This document shows, one piece after another, positions 1 to 9,958 of a stretch of DNA of 64,000 bases; position 1 is the stretch's first letter; each line of letters opens with the position of its first letter. The stretch is taken from contig CAMYJO010000002.1 of the NCBI GenBank assembly GCA_947258755.1, positions 4,768 through 68,767 of the forward strand, in the 5' to 3' direction. Made by a program: the position numbers and the translations under genes. The notes beneath the pieces are model-generated. The model did no database searches. It saw only the letters and a program-made list of their open reading frames with translations, and was not told the origin of the DNA. Source of the DNA: an uncultured Gammaproteobacteria bacterium. Its GTDB lineage: Bacteria; Pseudomonadota; Gammaproteobacteria; JAADHQ01.

Positions 1-199
1 TTTTCATACCTCCTTGTACATTTGATGCTAGCAAAAGAGCCTGGTAAGGATTTAATTGAAAATGACCTGGCACTTCAATATCATTGAGTGTTTTTTCTGT
101 TTCACTACAGTGTAAAGGAATAGATGATACAAATATCATATCAGCCATAACTGGATTCACAAATAGAGTTAGTAACATATAAGGTAATAGTTTGTTCAT
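1..199 (-). CDS. Partial CDS running off the window start, putative secreted protein (not in ORF track)
   Basis: Hand translation from ATG at 199: MNKLLPYMLLTLFVNPVMADMIFVSS..., 66 codons with no stop to the edge; signal-peptide-like N-terminus. Confidence 0.6.
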   Translation of the reverse strand, partial: MNKLLPYMLLTLFVNPVMADMIFVSSIPLHCSETEKTLNDIEVPGHFQLNPYQALLLASNVQGGMK

Positions 200-322
200 A
201 ATTTTTAATTATATCGTTAATGCTGTGCGACACAAACGAAGCACAGCGCGGCAATCTATTTGCGTTGCTATCCAGACGAAAAATGCATTGGATGGCAGGC
301 TTAATAAATTATTTCGCTTTGT

Positions 323-1450
323 TCAAGTAGCGTACATCCGCCAGCTGTACTTCGCCTGATAATGTCCTTTGTGTCCAATGAAGTTAGCGATACCAACGAC
401 GTCCTCCGGAATCATGTAGTGTCGAGACGGCACTTCCAGGATTTGTGAGAACACAGAGAAGATGTCATCGCCCCACCAGTCTTTGAGCCACTTGAGCCAC
501 TCGACGATCTTGCCGAGCACCCAGCAAAGCACTATCGCAAGAACTGCTACGACAATACCTGCGACCACTCCTGCCGCAATGGCGACTGCACCCGCCATCT
601 TGACCAGTTCTTGCTGCACGACTTTCTTGAGCTCATCGGCCAGCTTGTTTAAGAAGCCAGCGAATCCACCAGCATCCTTTTCGGCAAGTACAAGCATAAC
701 GGCAAAAGACTTGGGATAGCCCTGTCCAGACAACAGATCAAAAGTGTGGAACACTTTCGGCGGAAGATAGCCCTTCCGGTCCCCGTCTTCCTCGAACTCA
801 TCTACATAGAATTCGTTCTTCTTCGTGACCTTGCCCACGGCATTGATCACTGAGCCACCCAGGCTGATCTCGTCGGCACCGAGTTCACCAAACAGTCCAG
901 CGCCAGTCTCGTCTAAGCATTTAATTTCGTTGATCCGGAAGTCGAGCCGGTTATTTGGTTCCAAGACCGTTGCCTCTGGCACTCTAGCCATCATTGCCTG
1001 GCGCAGCTGCTCAGCTGTCGAGTAGTGGTGGACGGCATCCTGAATCTCGAGATTCGGATAGATCGCCTGGGGTATCTTATCTCCCCTGGGAAAAGCAAAC
1101 GAATCGGCCTGTTTGGCTACCGGCTCTTTTTTACCCATCTTGATAGACTGAACCAGCTTTCCATAGCGACGTTTCATAAGTGAGGGGTCGCGCACGGCCC
1201 GATCCGTCTTATCGATAATGCCATCGCGCTTGTCATCAGGCAGCTTCTTGAGCCAGGCCTGGAACGCACGTTCCAGACCAAATCCCTGTTTCTGGGTACC
1301 GATCGGAAACTTCCGTGGGTCCCTTACATTCATCACGGCTTTGGTCGCAGCGAGCGTCGCAATGTCGAACGCACGGACTGCCGCCAGGCGGATACTCGGA
1401 TCCTGAATCTCATCGATGGTTTTTGCTAACGGCCATGGTGTCTCATTCAT
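323..1450 (-). CDS. Hypothetical protein, 375 aa, with a long hydrophobic segment
   Basis: Long ORF; hydrophobic stretch AGAVAIAAGVVAGIVVAVLAIVLCWVLG; no family recognised with confidence. Confidence 0.8.
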   Translation of the reverse strand: MNETPWPLAKTIDEIQDPSIRLAAVRAFDIATLAATKAVMNVRDPRKFPIGTQKQGFGLERAFQAWLKKLPDDKRDGIIDKTDRAVRDPSLMKRRYGKLVQSIKMGKKEPVAKQADSFAFPRGDKIPQAIYPNLEIQDAVHHYSTAEQLRQAMMARVPEATVLEPNNRLDFRINEIKCLDETGAGLFGELGADEISLGGSVINAVGKVTKKNEFYVDEFEEDGDRKGYLPPKVFHTFDLLSGQGYPKSFAVMLVLAEKDAGGFAGFLNKLADELKKVVQQELVKMAGAVAIAAGVVAGIVVAVLAIVLCWVLGKIVEWLKWLKDWWGDDIFSVFSQILEVPSRHYMIPEDVVGIANFIGHKGHYQAKYSWRMYAT

Positions 1451-1611
1451 GATGCGCTACCTCTAATTAAAGTTTCCTCAAAAATTCGTATACCCCGGCA
1501 TGCAGGTGGCCCCGCAAAAGAGCTGAAAGGTGTATCTACGATACAATCTGCTCTTTCGCGGCCAACATACATGCTCTTTCTTCAGAAATACTTTAGGTGA
1601 TATTTATTACG

Positions 1612-1648
1612 CAGAACAGTGTCAGAGATCAATTGTTTCCAATATTAG
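1612..1648. repeat. Half copy of the 64-bp palindromic element
   Basis: gtcagagatcaattgtttccaatattag resembles gtcagaaaacaattgttgctaatattag of the full copies. Confidence 0.55.
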
Positions 1649-1689
1649 CTGGATTGAATATAACTATTAATTACTCCTTGACTACAATG

Positions 1690-1775
1690 ACTTAACGTTC
1701 GTTTAAATGGCTGGTGCAAACACCGCTCTTGTCGTCGCAATGTTTATACCAGCCATTTTGCAGCGCTTGTTAGGC
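1690..1775 (-). other. attC-like integron cassette recombination site (86 bp)
   Basis: Minus strand GCCTAAC...GTTAAGT (RYYYAAC/GTTRRRY) enclosing AAATGGCTGGT/ACCAGCCATTT stem; 23 bp after stop of 1799..2368; L-box spacing is imperfect. Confidence 0.55.
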
Positions 1776-1798
1776 CTTATAAACATGTAATTAGCCAT

Positions 1799-2368
1799 CT
1801 ACTTCCTCTGAAATATTATCGCGGGCATTACATTGCTTATATCTACTTTAAAATTTTCAAGATCAAGTTTAGGATACTTCTTCTTTAACAAAGCTATATC
1901 TCTTTCTGATTTATCTTTTATCATATGCTCATATTCCACTTTCATAAATGGATATATTATTTTTGTATTTATATTCAGGCTTCCAATATAAATAGCCTTA
2001 CCTTGTTCAATAGTAAACGGTATAGATAAGAGTGGAGACGTATAGTGGAAACCATCAACATCTGTTTGCCATTGATAAATATGGTATTTACCTACAGGTA
2101 ATTCTGAAACCATCAGCCTCCCTTTAGGTTGAGTAAAATCCATTTTATCATGTATTGTTGATGTCATGATTGCACCATCCATATGATTGTCCATATTTTT
2201 ATATTGTAAAGTAACTGCACGAGTATTATGAGTTACTGACATCACTAACAAGCCCACTGGCTTGTCTTGCTGTAATTGGTAGTCTGTTTGCACATTGACT
2301 TTTGAGCAACCTGTTAACGACAGGAATATTAAGAATAAAAAAAAGTTATATGTATTATGCTGTTTCAT
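1799..2368 (-). CDS. Putative lipoprotein, AT-rich, cassette-like
   Basis: Lipobox-like LSLTGC after hydrophobic core; bounded by attC-like sites. Confidence 0.8.
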   Translation of the reverse strand: MKQHNTYNFFLFLIFLSLTGCSKVNVQTDYQLQQDKPVGLLVMSVTHNTRAVTLQYKNMDNHMDGAIMTSTIHDKMDFTQPKGRLMVSELPVGKYHIYQWQTDVDGFHYTSPLLSIPFTIEQGKAIYIGSLNINTKIIYPFMKVEYEHMIKDKSERDIALLKKKYPKLDLENFKVDISNVMPAIIFQRK

Positions 2369-2437
2369 ACTTTACCTGTCCTTTATTATTAAATCCGATT
2401 CATAGTAATACTGATTATTATGCTGGGTAACTTGGAT

Positions 2438-2523
2438 GTATAACGCTACCATTTTCGGCAAAATTTTCACGGTTGCTTTTAGGCTGTGTATCCTCTTCGC
2501 CGACGCGGATGTACTTGTTATTC
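2438..2523 (-). other. Degenerate attC-like site (86 bp)
   Basis: Minus strand GAATAAC AAGTA CAT C..TCGGC ... GCCGA..ATG GTAGC GTTATAC; same length as 1690..1775. Confidence 0.4.
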
Positions 2524-2545
2524 ATTTTTAAAAACATCATAAACA

Positions 2546-2659
2546 CTATCTTTTCTTAGCGATTTTTTTTGCCAATGTATTATAATACTCTTGCTCGTCA
2601 TTACTGAGCTCAATAACATGCCTATAAAACTCAACATATACTCTTGGTGTAAATGCTCG
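2546..2659 (-). pseudogene. Possible 3' gene remnant truncated by the palindromic element
   Basis: Stop-free frame RAFTPRVYVEFYRHVIELSNDEQEYYNTLAKKIAKKR* starting at the element edge and ending 22 bp before an attC-like site; could be chance. Confidence 0.35.
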
Positions 2660-2660
2660 A

Positions 2661-2724
2661 AAAAACCGGGTCAGAGAACAATATTCTCTAATATTAGCAA
2701 CAATTGTTTTCTGACCCGGTTTTT
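2661..2724. repeat. 64-bp palindromic REP/MITE-like element
   Basis: Perfect 15-bp terminal inverted repeat aaaaaccgggtcaga/tctgacccggttttt; related copies at 3953 and 27773. Confidence 0.85.
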
Positions 2725-2754
2725 GCTGCGTCGCTCTCTAATGATTTGTTAGGC
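2725..2754 (-). other. Half attC-like site cut by the palindromic element
   Basis: Minus strand GCCTAAC AAATC ATT AGAGAGCGACGCAGC, 9 bp after the BLUF stop; partner arm not found. Confidence 0.45.
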
Positions 2755-2763
2755 AAAAGTGGC

Positions 2764-3177
2764 CTACCTATTTATCTCATTAAATAACAGCATAAATTTG
2801 TAAGCATTCTCTGAATCAGCATGGAATGATTTTAAAGTAAGATTTTCATCAATGTAATCATTGTAGTTAGGGAGCACACCGGTTTCATCCATATTGAAGA
2901 AGCCCATAGACCAATCTTTAAAATTTCTTTCTCCTATCTCGTCGGTAAGGACTTTGATAACACCTCTGTGTCTATCATCTTTTTTAATTGCTTCGTATAA
3001 ATCTAAAACAATTTCCTTCTCGCCTTCGAGCATTTGCATGAAGTTTCCTTCTTGATATAAAAGCATTCCAGTGGCCCCAAGTTCTTGATTCTTTTTTCTT
3101 GCCTGATCTAAGAGAAGCAGTAACTCGTCATGATTCATCAACTTTACTGCAGAGCTAACATAAATCAGATAAAACAT
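2764..3177 (-). CDS. Stand-alone BLUF (blue-light FAD sensor) protein
   Basis: LIYVSSA Tyr, ARKKNQELGATGMLLY, FMQMLEG Gln, DDRH and FKDWSM motifs of BLUF domains. Confidence 0.93.
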   Translation of the reverse strand: MFYLIYVSSAVKLMNHDELLLLLDQARKKNQELGATGMLLYQEGNFMQMLEGEKEIVLDLYEAIKKDDRHRGVIKVLTDEIGERNFKDWSMGFFNMDETGVLPNYNDYIDENLTLKSFHADSENAYKFMLLFNEINR

Positions 3178-3375
3178 TCCTTATACGCCTCCAGTTATTA
3201 TTTATATCAGGCATGCACTTATATTAACGCCATAAGATTCTGTTTTTTCAATATATTTATTCCAAAAACGGGCAAATGGATCAGTTGTCATGTCGCCATT
3301 CTTAGCATTTAATGGAATGAAAAAATCAGTTAGGCCTGTTACGATTGTGCGTGATTACGAAATTAATTTCAAAAA

Positions 3376-3399
3376 ATATAGGCGGCATGCCGCCTATAT
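3376..3399. promoter_or_regulatory. Perfect 24-bp palindrome between divergent BLUF and psiE-like genes
   Basis: ATATAGGCGGCATGCCGCCTATAT equals its own reverse complement; function unknown. Confidence 0.4.
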
Positions 3400-3455
3400 C
3401 GAATAACATGGCATGCTGTTTATATAACTGTTAGGTTCAATTATAGGTAATTAAC

Positions 3456-3950
3456 ATGGATAACGAAAAAAATAATCTTGTTGAGCCAGCTCATGATTTA
3501 ACTACAGAGCACGAAGATCCTTTTATTGAATTTTTACATCGCATTATACGGTTTGCTGTAAAAGTATTAGCGGTGCTAATGGTATTAGTTATCGTTTGGG
3601 GCATTGGCGACGTCATTTATGTGTTATATCAACGCATAGTTTCCCCTCCGTTTTTACTTCTAAGTATTAATGACATTCTTGCCACATTTGGTGCTTTTCT
3701 TGCTGTATTAATTGCCATTGAAATATTTATAAATATTTCAATGTACTTAAAGACTGATGTTATTCCAGTCAGATTAGTAGTTGCTACAGCCTTAATGGCT
3801 ATCTCACGTAAAGTAATTATTTTTGATTTCGAGAAAATAACACCGCCATTTATACTTGGAACAGCAGCAGTAGTATTCGCTCTTGGAGTTACGTATTGGC
3901 TTATTTCGAAAAAAAACCTAACAACGCAATTTAACTCTGACGGCGCATAA
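3456..3950 (+). CDS. PsiE-family (phosphate-starvation-inducible) membrane protein
   Basis: Four TM helices; LIAIEIF and ALMAISRKVII motifs typical of PsiE-like proteins. Confidence 0.85.
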   Translation: MDNEKNNLVEPAHDLTTEHEDPFIEFLHRIIRFAVKVLAVLMVLVIVWGIGDVIYVLYQRIVSPPFLLLSINDILATFGAFLAVLIAIEIFINISMYLKTDVIPVRLVVATALMAISRKVIIFDFEKITPPFILGTAAVVFALGVTYWLISKKNLTTQFNSDGA

Positions 3951-3952
3951 AC

Positions 3953-4016
3953 GAAAACCGGGGCAGAGAACGATTGTTCCTAATATTAGAGAATATTGTT
4001 CGCTGACCCTGTTTTT
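3953..4016. repeat. 64-bp palindromic element, opposite orientation to 2661 copy
   Basis: gaaaaccggggcagagaacgattgttcctaatattagagaatattgttcgctgaccctgttttt aligns to the reverse complement of 2661..2724. Confidence 0.8.
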
Positions 4017-4043
4017 CGCTGCATATCCGTGCTGGGCCATTAC

Positions 4044-4553
4044 TCAACCCACCGTATCCTCATGCCCGCCTCGGATGTCACAATGATGATCGGCCTTTCC
4101 TCTTAGGGCCTTGATCACATCGGCCTCCTGCAACAATTCCTGTAGTGTTCGTCCCGCAGCAGCCTGCGTTGTCAACACCAGGTGTTTCAGACGTTCATGT
4201 CTTTGCATCACTTCAAAGTATTCTGTAGCCGCGAACAGTTGACTGGCCTGCCTGAAACCCTGCTGCAGGTAGTCCATGGCACCTGACAATTTGCGGCTGA
4301 GCAGCAGTTGGCCGTAGACAAGCTTGATCAAGGCCTGACAATTATCGTCTTTACAGGTGGCCAGCAGGTTTTCTATATCACCGCTGATATCGCGGTCGAG
4401 CCAGAAACGCGCACTGACTTCCAGGATGCGCAGGGGCAAATAATCTTCATCACCTGCTTGTTTGAGTTGTTGGCTTATATCACTCAGCTGTCGCTCGGCT
4501 TCATCCACAGACAAGGGATCGGCGTACCAGGAAGACAGTGAGTGCTTAATCAT
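4044..4553 (-). CDS. Hypothetical alpha-helical protein, last gene of the STAS operon
   Basis: Start overlaps STAS stop at 4553; helical pattern. Confidence 0.75.
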   Translation of the reverse strand: MIKHSLSSWYADPLSVDEAERQLSDISQQLKQAGDEDYLPLRILEVSARFWLDRDISGDIENLLATCKDDNCQALIKLVYGQLLLSRKLSGAMDYLQQGFRQASQLFAATEYFEVMQRHERLKHLVLTTQAAAGRTLQELLQEADVIKALRGKADHHCDIRGGHEDTVG

Positions 4554-4873
4554 TATTTAATATCGGCGATGCTGGCATGTATTGGGAATACTTTGTCGAG
4601 GCGCGCCAATTGCAATACCTGCATCGCCGCATCACTGACACCGAGCAGTCCAAATTTGAGATTTTCATTTTTAGATAACTGATAACCCTCGACCAGGCTG
4701 GCAACACCGGAGGAGTCGATATACTCAACAGCTGACAGGTCTACCATCAGGTTATAGCCCTCACCGAGCATTTCCAACATCTGTTTGCGCGCATGCGGTG
4801 AGAAATGCAGGTCTACTTCACCCGCGAGCTCCAGAACACGGTAGCCGCCCTCTTCTCGTGTATTGTATTGCAT
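4553..4873 (-). CDS. STAS anti-sigma-factor antagonist (RsbV/SpoIIAA-like)
   Basis: GEVDL...VDLSAVEYIDSSGVASL with phosphorylatable Ser in DSSG. Confidence 0.92.
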   Translation of the reverse strand: MQYNTREEGGYRVLELAGEVDLHFSPHARKQMLEMLGEGYNLMVDLSAVEYIDSSGVASLVEGYQLSKNENLKFGLLGVSDAAMQVLQLARLDKVFPIHASIADIK

Positions 4874-7014
4874 TACTCCTTATCTCCTTCCTCTTTTAAA
4901 CAGACAGCATCCAGGTTTTTGCGCAGCAACAATATATTGCCTGCTTGCTTGCAATCGTCCTCGAATATGACTTCGTCCATAATTTCGTTAATAAAATGCA
5001 CGCCTAAACCACCCGGGCGAATATCCTTTAGATCACGGGATTTTACACAACTACGGTCTATCGGACAGGCGAAATCCGTTAGCTTGAATAACAACTCGTT
5101 TTCTTTGCGCTGAATCTGCAAATGAATCTTGCCACTGCAGTCGAAATTATAGGCATGCTGTATGATATTCATTGCCGCCTCATTGACAGCCAGTACCAGC
5201 AGGTCCACGCAGACCTTCTTGCAATCCTGATCAATCAGGATCTGTCTTAATTGCTGACGCATACACTGCAGCTCAGCCGGTTTGGATGAGAATTCATAAT
5301 TGAATAAACTCTGCACACCCTGACCTTCATGCTCAAGCACCATAATAGCGATATCGTCACGCTGTGCGGTACCTGATTGCTTGAACCTGTCCAGCACCGT
5401 ATTAAGCTGCTCCCTGGGTGACTTGTCGATATTGTCTCTGAGTATGTCGAGCAAACCATCCATACCCATTTTGCTATCGTCGCCAACAAAGCCTTCGGTG
5501 ACGCCATCAGAAAACATCAGTAGATGACCCTTGCCGAGCTTGAATTCCACCACCGTGAATTCAGCATCGGCAACAATACCAAGTGGCGCGGCGCCGGCAT
5601 CGATTTTTTTGATCTCGTGATTCTGCTGTATAAACAGTACCGGTGGATTACCGGCATTGACCAATTGCACGGTACCGCATTCCGGGTAATACTTGCCGGC
5701 CACCATGGCGACGAACATGCCGCGTACCGAAGTTTCACAAATCTCTGTGTTGATCATGTCCATCAGTTTGCCCAGGTCCTGCTCGCGTTTGCCCAGGCAA
5801 TGAAACAGGCTGCTGGCCTTGGCCATTAAGAGTGACGCGGTGATGCCTTTACCTGAGACGTCACCGAGGCAAAAGTAGACGCTGCCATCTTCTTGTTTAA
5901 AATAATCGAAAAAATCGCCGGACAATTCCTGTGCAGGTAGATTAACGCCATACAACGGAAAACGCGCCTCTTTCTCTTTCGGTAACAGGCTACGCTGTAT
6001 TTCACCTGCCAGCTCGAGTTCCTTGGTCAAGGCATCGGCCAACACATCCCTTTCTTTTAATGCCTGTTCGAGCTGGCGGGTCAGCTCCAGAAAGCCGGTG
6101 TTTTCTTCCACCAGACGTGCATTGGCTTGATGTAAGACCAGATCAAAATCTTCCTGTTTCTGCACTGGCAGGCCCAGTGTTTGTGCTGCTTCCTCTACAC
6201 GAGCAGGAATGTTATCAAGCAACTTGAAACCCTGTTGCTCGGTCAATGCGAACTGTGTCGCTAGTTTTGCATGCACCGTCTTCAAAATAGCAGACTTGCC
6301 ACTGGCACTGAACAGGCTCGCCAACCATTCAGCGCAATCCATAACCTGACATAGCTTCTCAAGTTCGGCACCTGTATCGGCCGGCAACTCCTGACAATGA
6401 TAACGATGCTCGATGGCTTCGATATCTGGTGACGGTAATGACCAGTCCTGCATCAATCGCAGTGACACGCGCTCATGGCTGGTGGCGAATAATTTTAATT
6501 CAAAACGGAAACGCTGTTCCGGGTTTAACGAAAGAAATTCCAGCCAGGCGGCCCGCGGCAAACGTTTCCTATGGAACAAAATAGGCAGGCCCAGATCCTG
6601 CAACAAACAAGCGCTAAAACTGGTATTGCCATCAAGCCCGATTTCTACGGCCAATAGCTGCGCGGCAGCAGCACGGCGCAAGCTATCTTCCCAAAAACCG
6701 CTGATATCGAATCCGGATACGTTGTTGGGGTCGAGTAGATCACGGACACAGATACAATAAAATACATTCCGGAGCTCAGCGCGGCCATGAATTTCAAGCG
6801 CATGACTAATATTGCTGGCTTTGTGTGCGCGATAAAAAAATGGCGCGTTGACGATGTTCAGCAACTCTGCTGACAAAAACGCATCACTTTCTATCAATTT
6901 GACCAGCGCCTGATTATTGATCTGTTCATCGGCAAAGGCCTGCATGATCTGGACTGCGTTAGCTGGGGCTGCCGGCAAACCAGAAGGGCTCAACGAATCG
7001 CGGACTTCAATCAC
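4873..7014 (-). CDS. HDOD + SpoIIE/PP2C phosphatase + RsbW-type kinase fusion
   Basis: HDOD (LIESD..LLNIVNAPF, LLQDLG), PP2C (SGDFFD, GDVSGKG, SDGVTE, DDI), kinase (NEAAMNIIQHAY, D, PGGLGVHFI). Confidence 0.88.
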   Translation of the reverse strand: MIEVRDSLSPSGLPAAPANAVQIMQAFADEQINNQALVKLIESDAFLSAELLNIVNAPFFYRAHKASNISHALEIHGRAELRNVFYCICVRDLLDPNNVSGFDISGFWEDSLRRAAAAQLLAVEIGLDGNTSFSACLLQDLGLPILFHRKRLPRAAWLEFLSLNPEQRFRFELKLFATSHERVSLRLMQDWSLPSPDIEAIEHRYHCQELPADTGAELEKLCQVMDCAEWLASLFSASGKSAILKTVHAKLATQFALTEQQGFKLLDNIPARVEEAAQTLGLPVQKQEDFDLVLHQANARLVEENTGFLELTRQLEQALKERDVLADALTKELELAGEIQRSLLPKEKEARFPLYGVNLPAQELSGDFFDYFKQEDGSVYFCLGDVSGKGITASLLMAKASSLFHCLGKREQDLGKLMDMINTEICETSVRGMFVAMVAGKYYPECGTVQLVNAGNPPVLFIQQNHEIKKIDAGAAPLGIVADAEFTVVEFKLGKGHLLMFSDGVTEGFVGDDSKMGMDGLLDILRDNIDKSPREQLNTVLDRFKQSGTAQRDDIAIMVLEHEGQGVQSLFNYEFSSKPAELQCMRQQLRQILIDQDCKKVCVDLLVLAVNEAAMNIIQHAYNFDCSGKIHLQIQRKENELLFKLTDFACPIDRSCVKSRDLKDIRPGGLGVHFINEIMDEVIFEDDCKQAGNILLLRKNLDAVCLKEEGDKE

Positions 7015-7049
7015 TGCGCCACCTGTTTAGGATTTGCTCACGCATAATG

Positions 7050-8015
7050 TTAATCGACTAATGCTCCACCACAGCTTGAACCCTGGCCGGCAATACAGGC
7101 ATAACAGTGGTCGGCAACGGCAATAGGCTTGCCCTGCAGGCTGGCGGCATTAATATCACTGATATGCGGCCGGTTGTGTCCTGCCTGTGTCATCGGCATA
7201 TCCAGCATCTGGTTAAAATCACAGTCATATACATAACCTTGCCAATCGATGCTAATCAGGCTGCGACACATCACCGAGGACAGATTATCCGGACTGCTAT
7301 TTTCCTTCAGCAGGTCCATGTAGTCGGTAAACTGGCCCTTCGACACCAGCGTGCTGCCAAAACGCTTGATCGGCATATTGGTAATGGTAAAGAGATGATT
7401 GAAATCAATATTGAATTTTTCTTTCAGGTATTTGTGGTAGTCCTGCTCCAGCCCAGATTGCGCTGGCGGCAGGCTCGGTCCCTGCGGGTTATAGACCAGG
7501 TTCAGCTCCAGGCCGGTGCCGGGCTGACCGTAGCCGAGTGCATTCAGTGTCTGCAGTGCCGTGATACTGGCATCGAACACGCCCTTGCCACGCTGCGCAT
7601 CCACATTCTCTTCCAGATAACAGGGCAGCGAGGCGGTGATCTCAACCGCCTGTTCGGCCAGAAAAGCGGCGGTATCCTGTTGCCCGTCTTCCAGCAATAC
7701 GGTCAGGTTACAGCGATCAATGACCCGGCATCCTAACGCGCGGGCCTGTTCGACCAGATAGCGAAAATGGGGATTCAACTCCGGCGCGCCACCAGTCAGG
7801 TCGACGGCCGAAATCTTTGATTTTTCGATAAATTCCAGCACTTGCCGGACCGTTTCCAGGGTCATGATTTCCTTGCGCTTGGGACCCGCATTGACATGGC
7901 AATGCAGGCATTGCTGATTGCACAGATAGCCAAGATTTACCTGCACGGTTTCCAGCTGATCGCGCCGTAAGGAGGGGAAATCCGTATCCTGCAGTAAGGG
8001 TAAAGTGGCGTGCAT
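7050..8015 (-). CDS. arsS: Radical SAM/Cys-rich protein, ArsS (arsenosugar biosynthesis) family
   Basis: CNQQCLHC, DLTGGAPE, CDFN and C-terminal HCYACIAGQGSSCGG. Confidence 0.85.
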   Translation of the reverse strand: MHATLPLLQDTDFPSLRRDQLETVQVNLGYLCNQQCLHCHVNAGPKRKEIMTLETVRQVLEFIEKSKISAVDLTGGAPELNPHFRYLVEQARALGCRVIDRCNLTVLLEDGQQDTAAFLAEQAVEITASLPCYLEENVDAQRGKGVFDASITALQTLNALGYGQPGTGLELNLVYNPQGPSLPPAQSGLEQDYHKYLKEKFNIDFNHLFTITNMPIKRFGSTLVSKGQFTDYMDLLKENSSPDNLSSVMCRSLISIDWQGYVYDCDFNQMLDMPMTQAGHNRPHISDINAASLQGKPIAVADHCYACIAGQGSSCGGALVD

Positions 8016-8143
8016 GCATTTTGCTCCTGCGGGTGGTGGCGGCTGCCGGTCTTTTCTGTCAGGCCTATTTATACCTTATATATGACTGTTGTGCAGCAAT
8101 AAAGGTTCAAAGCCTTGTAAAGAATGATAAACTTCAGCGATAG

Positions 8144-9443
<1,300 letters not shown>

Positions 9444-9547
9444 TATCCGCTAGCCACAAGGGTCATCAACATTTGATCCTGCTGTCATCATACTGTCATC
9501 TCGAATTGCTGCAATAGCCCTGCAAGCATCTATATGGAGACAGGATT

Positions 9548-9727
9548 ATGGATACATCAAATAATGAATGGTGGCGCTGGAAACTGAACCGCAAAATTGC
9601 CGAATTTCTTAGCAGCCCGACACCGGAACAGGAAGCCACGCTGGGCTTTTTACTGACCAGTTATCGTGCCCTGCATAGGCCTCATGACAGCGATGCGGAG
9701 CCACAACAGGATCATAATCAGGCCTGA
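9548..9727 (+). CDS. 59-aa hypothetical protein below ORF-track cut-off
   Basis: MDTSNNEWWRWKLNRKIAEFLSSPTPEQEATLGFLLTSYRAL...; GGAG/AGGA upstream. Confidence 0.55.
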   Translation: MDTSNNEWWRWKLNRKIAEFLSSPTPEQEATLGFLLTSYRALHRPHDSDAEPQQDHNQA

Positions 9728-9958
9728 CCTGGTCACTCACTCACGCTCTCGTCGTTTTCACTCACATTCCTGCACACACAAGCCCTTCCCCGGATAAGCC
9801 GTTGAGCCCGCAGGCATTAACATAAGAAAGCCTGACCTACCCCTATTTGACGATTTTAATGTAACAAAGTGTAAATTCATCCTCGCAACTGACAGTAGCG
9901 GATGACCATTCGATATAAAGGGATTATAATAACCATAACAATGTAACAGGAGTTGACA

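Noticed and set aside
1-20. AGGAGGT-ATG at the window edge as a separate gene start
   Set aside because: ATG abuts the SD-like motif and is in frame with the ORF starting at 199.
215-300. Hairpins (gctgtgc/gcacagc) after the 375-aa gene as another attC
   Set aside because: No correctly oriented RYYYAAC/GTTRRRY pair on the minus strand.
3329-3335. GTTAGGC as an attC core
   Set aside because: Not downstream of a gene and no complementary arm.
3409-3423. TGGCAT as a sigma-54 promoter for psiE
   Set aside because: No GC at the -12 position.
7050-7120. Selenocysteine in ArsS
   Set aside because: No in-frame TGA; Cys codons are used and the stop is TAA.
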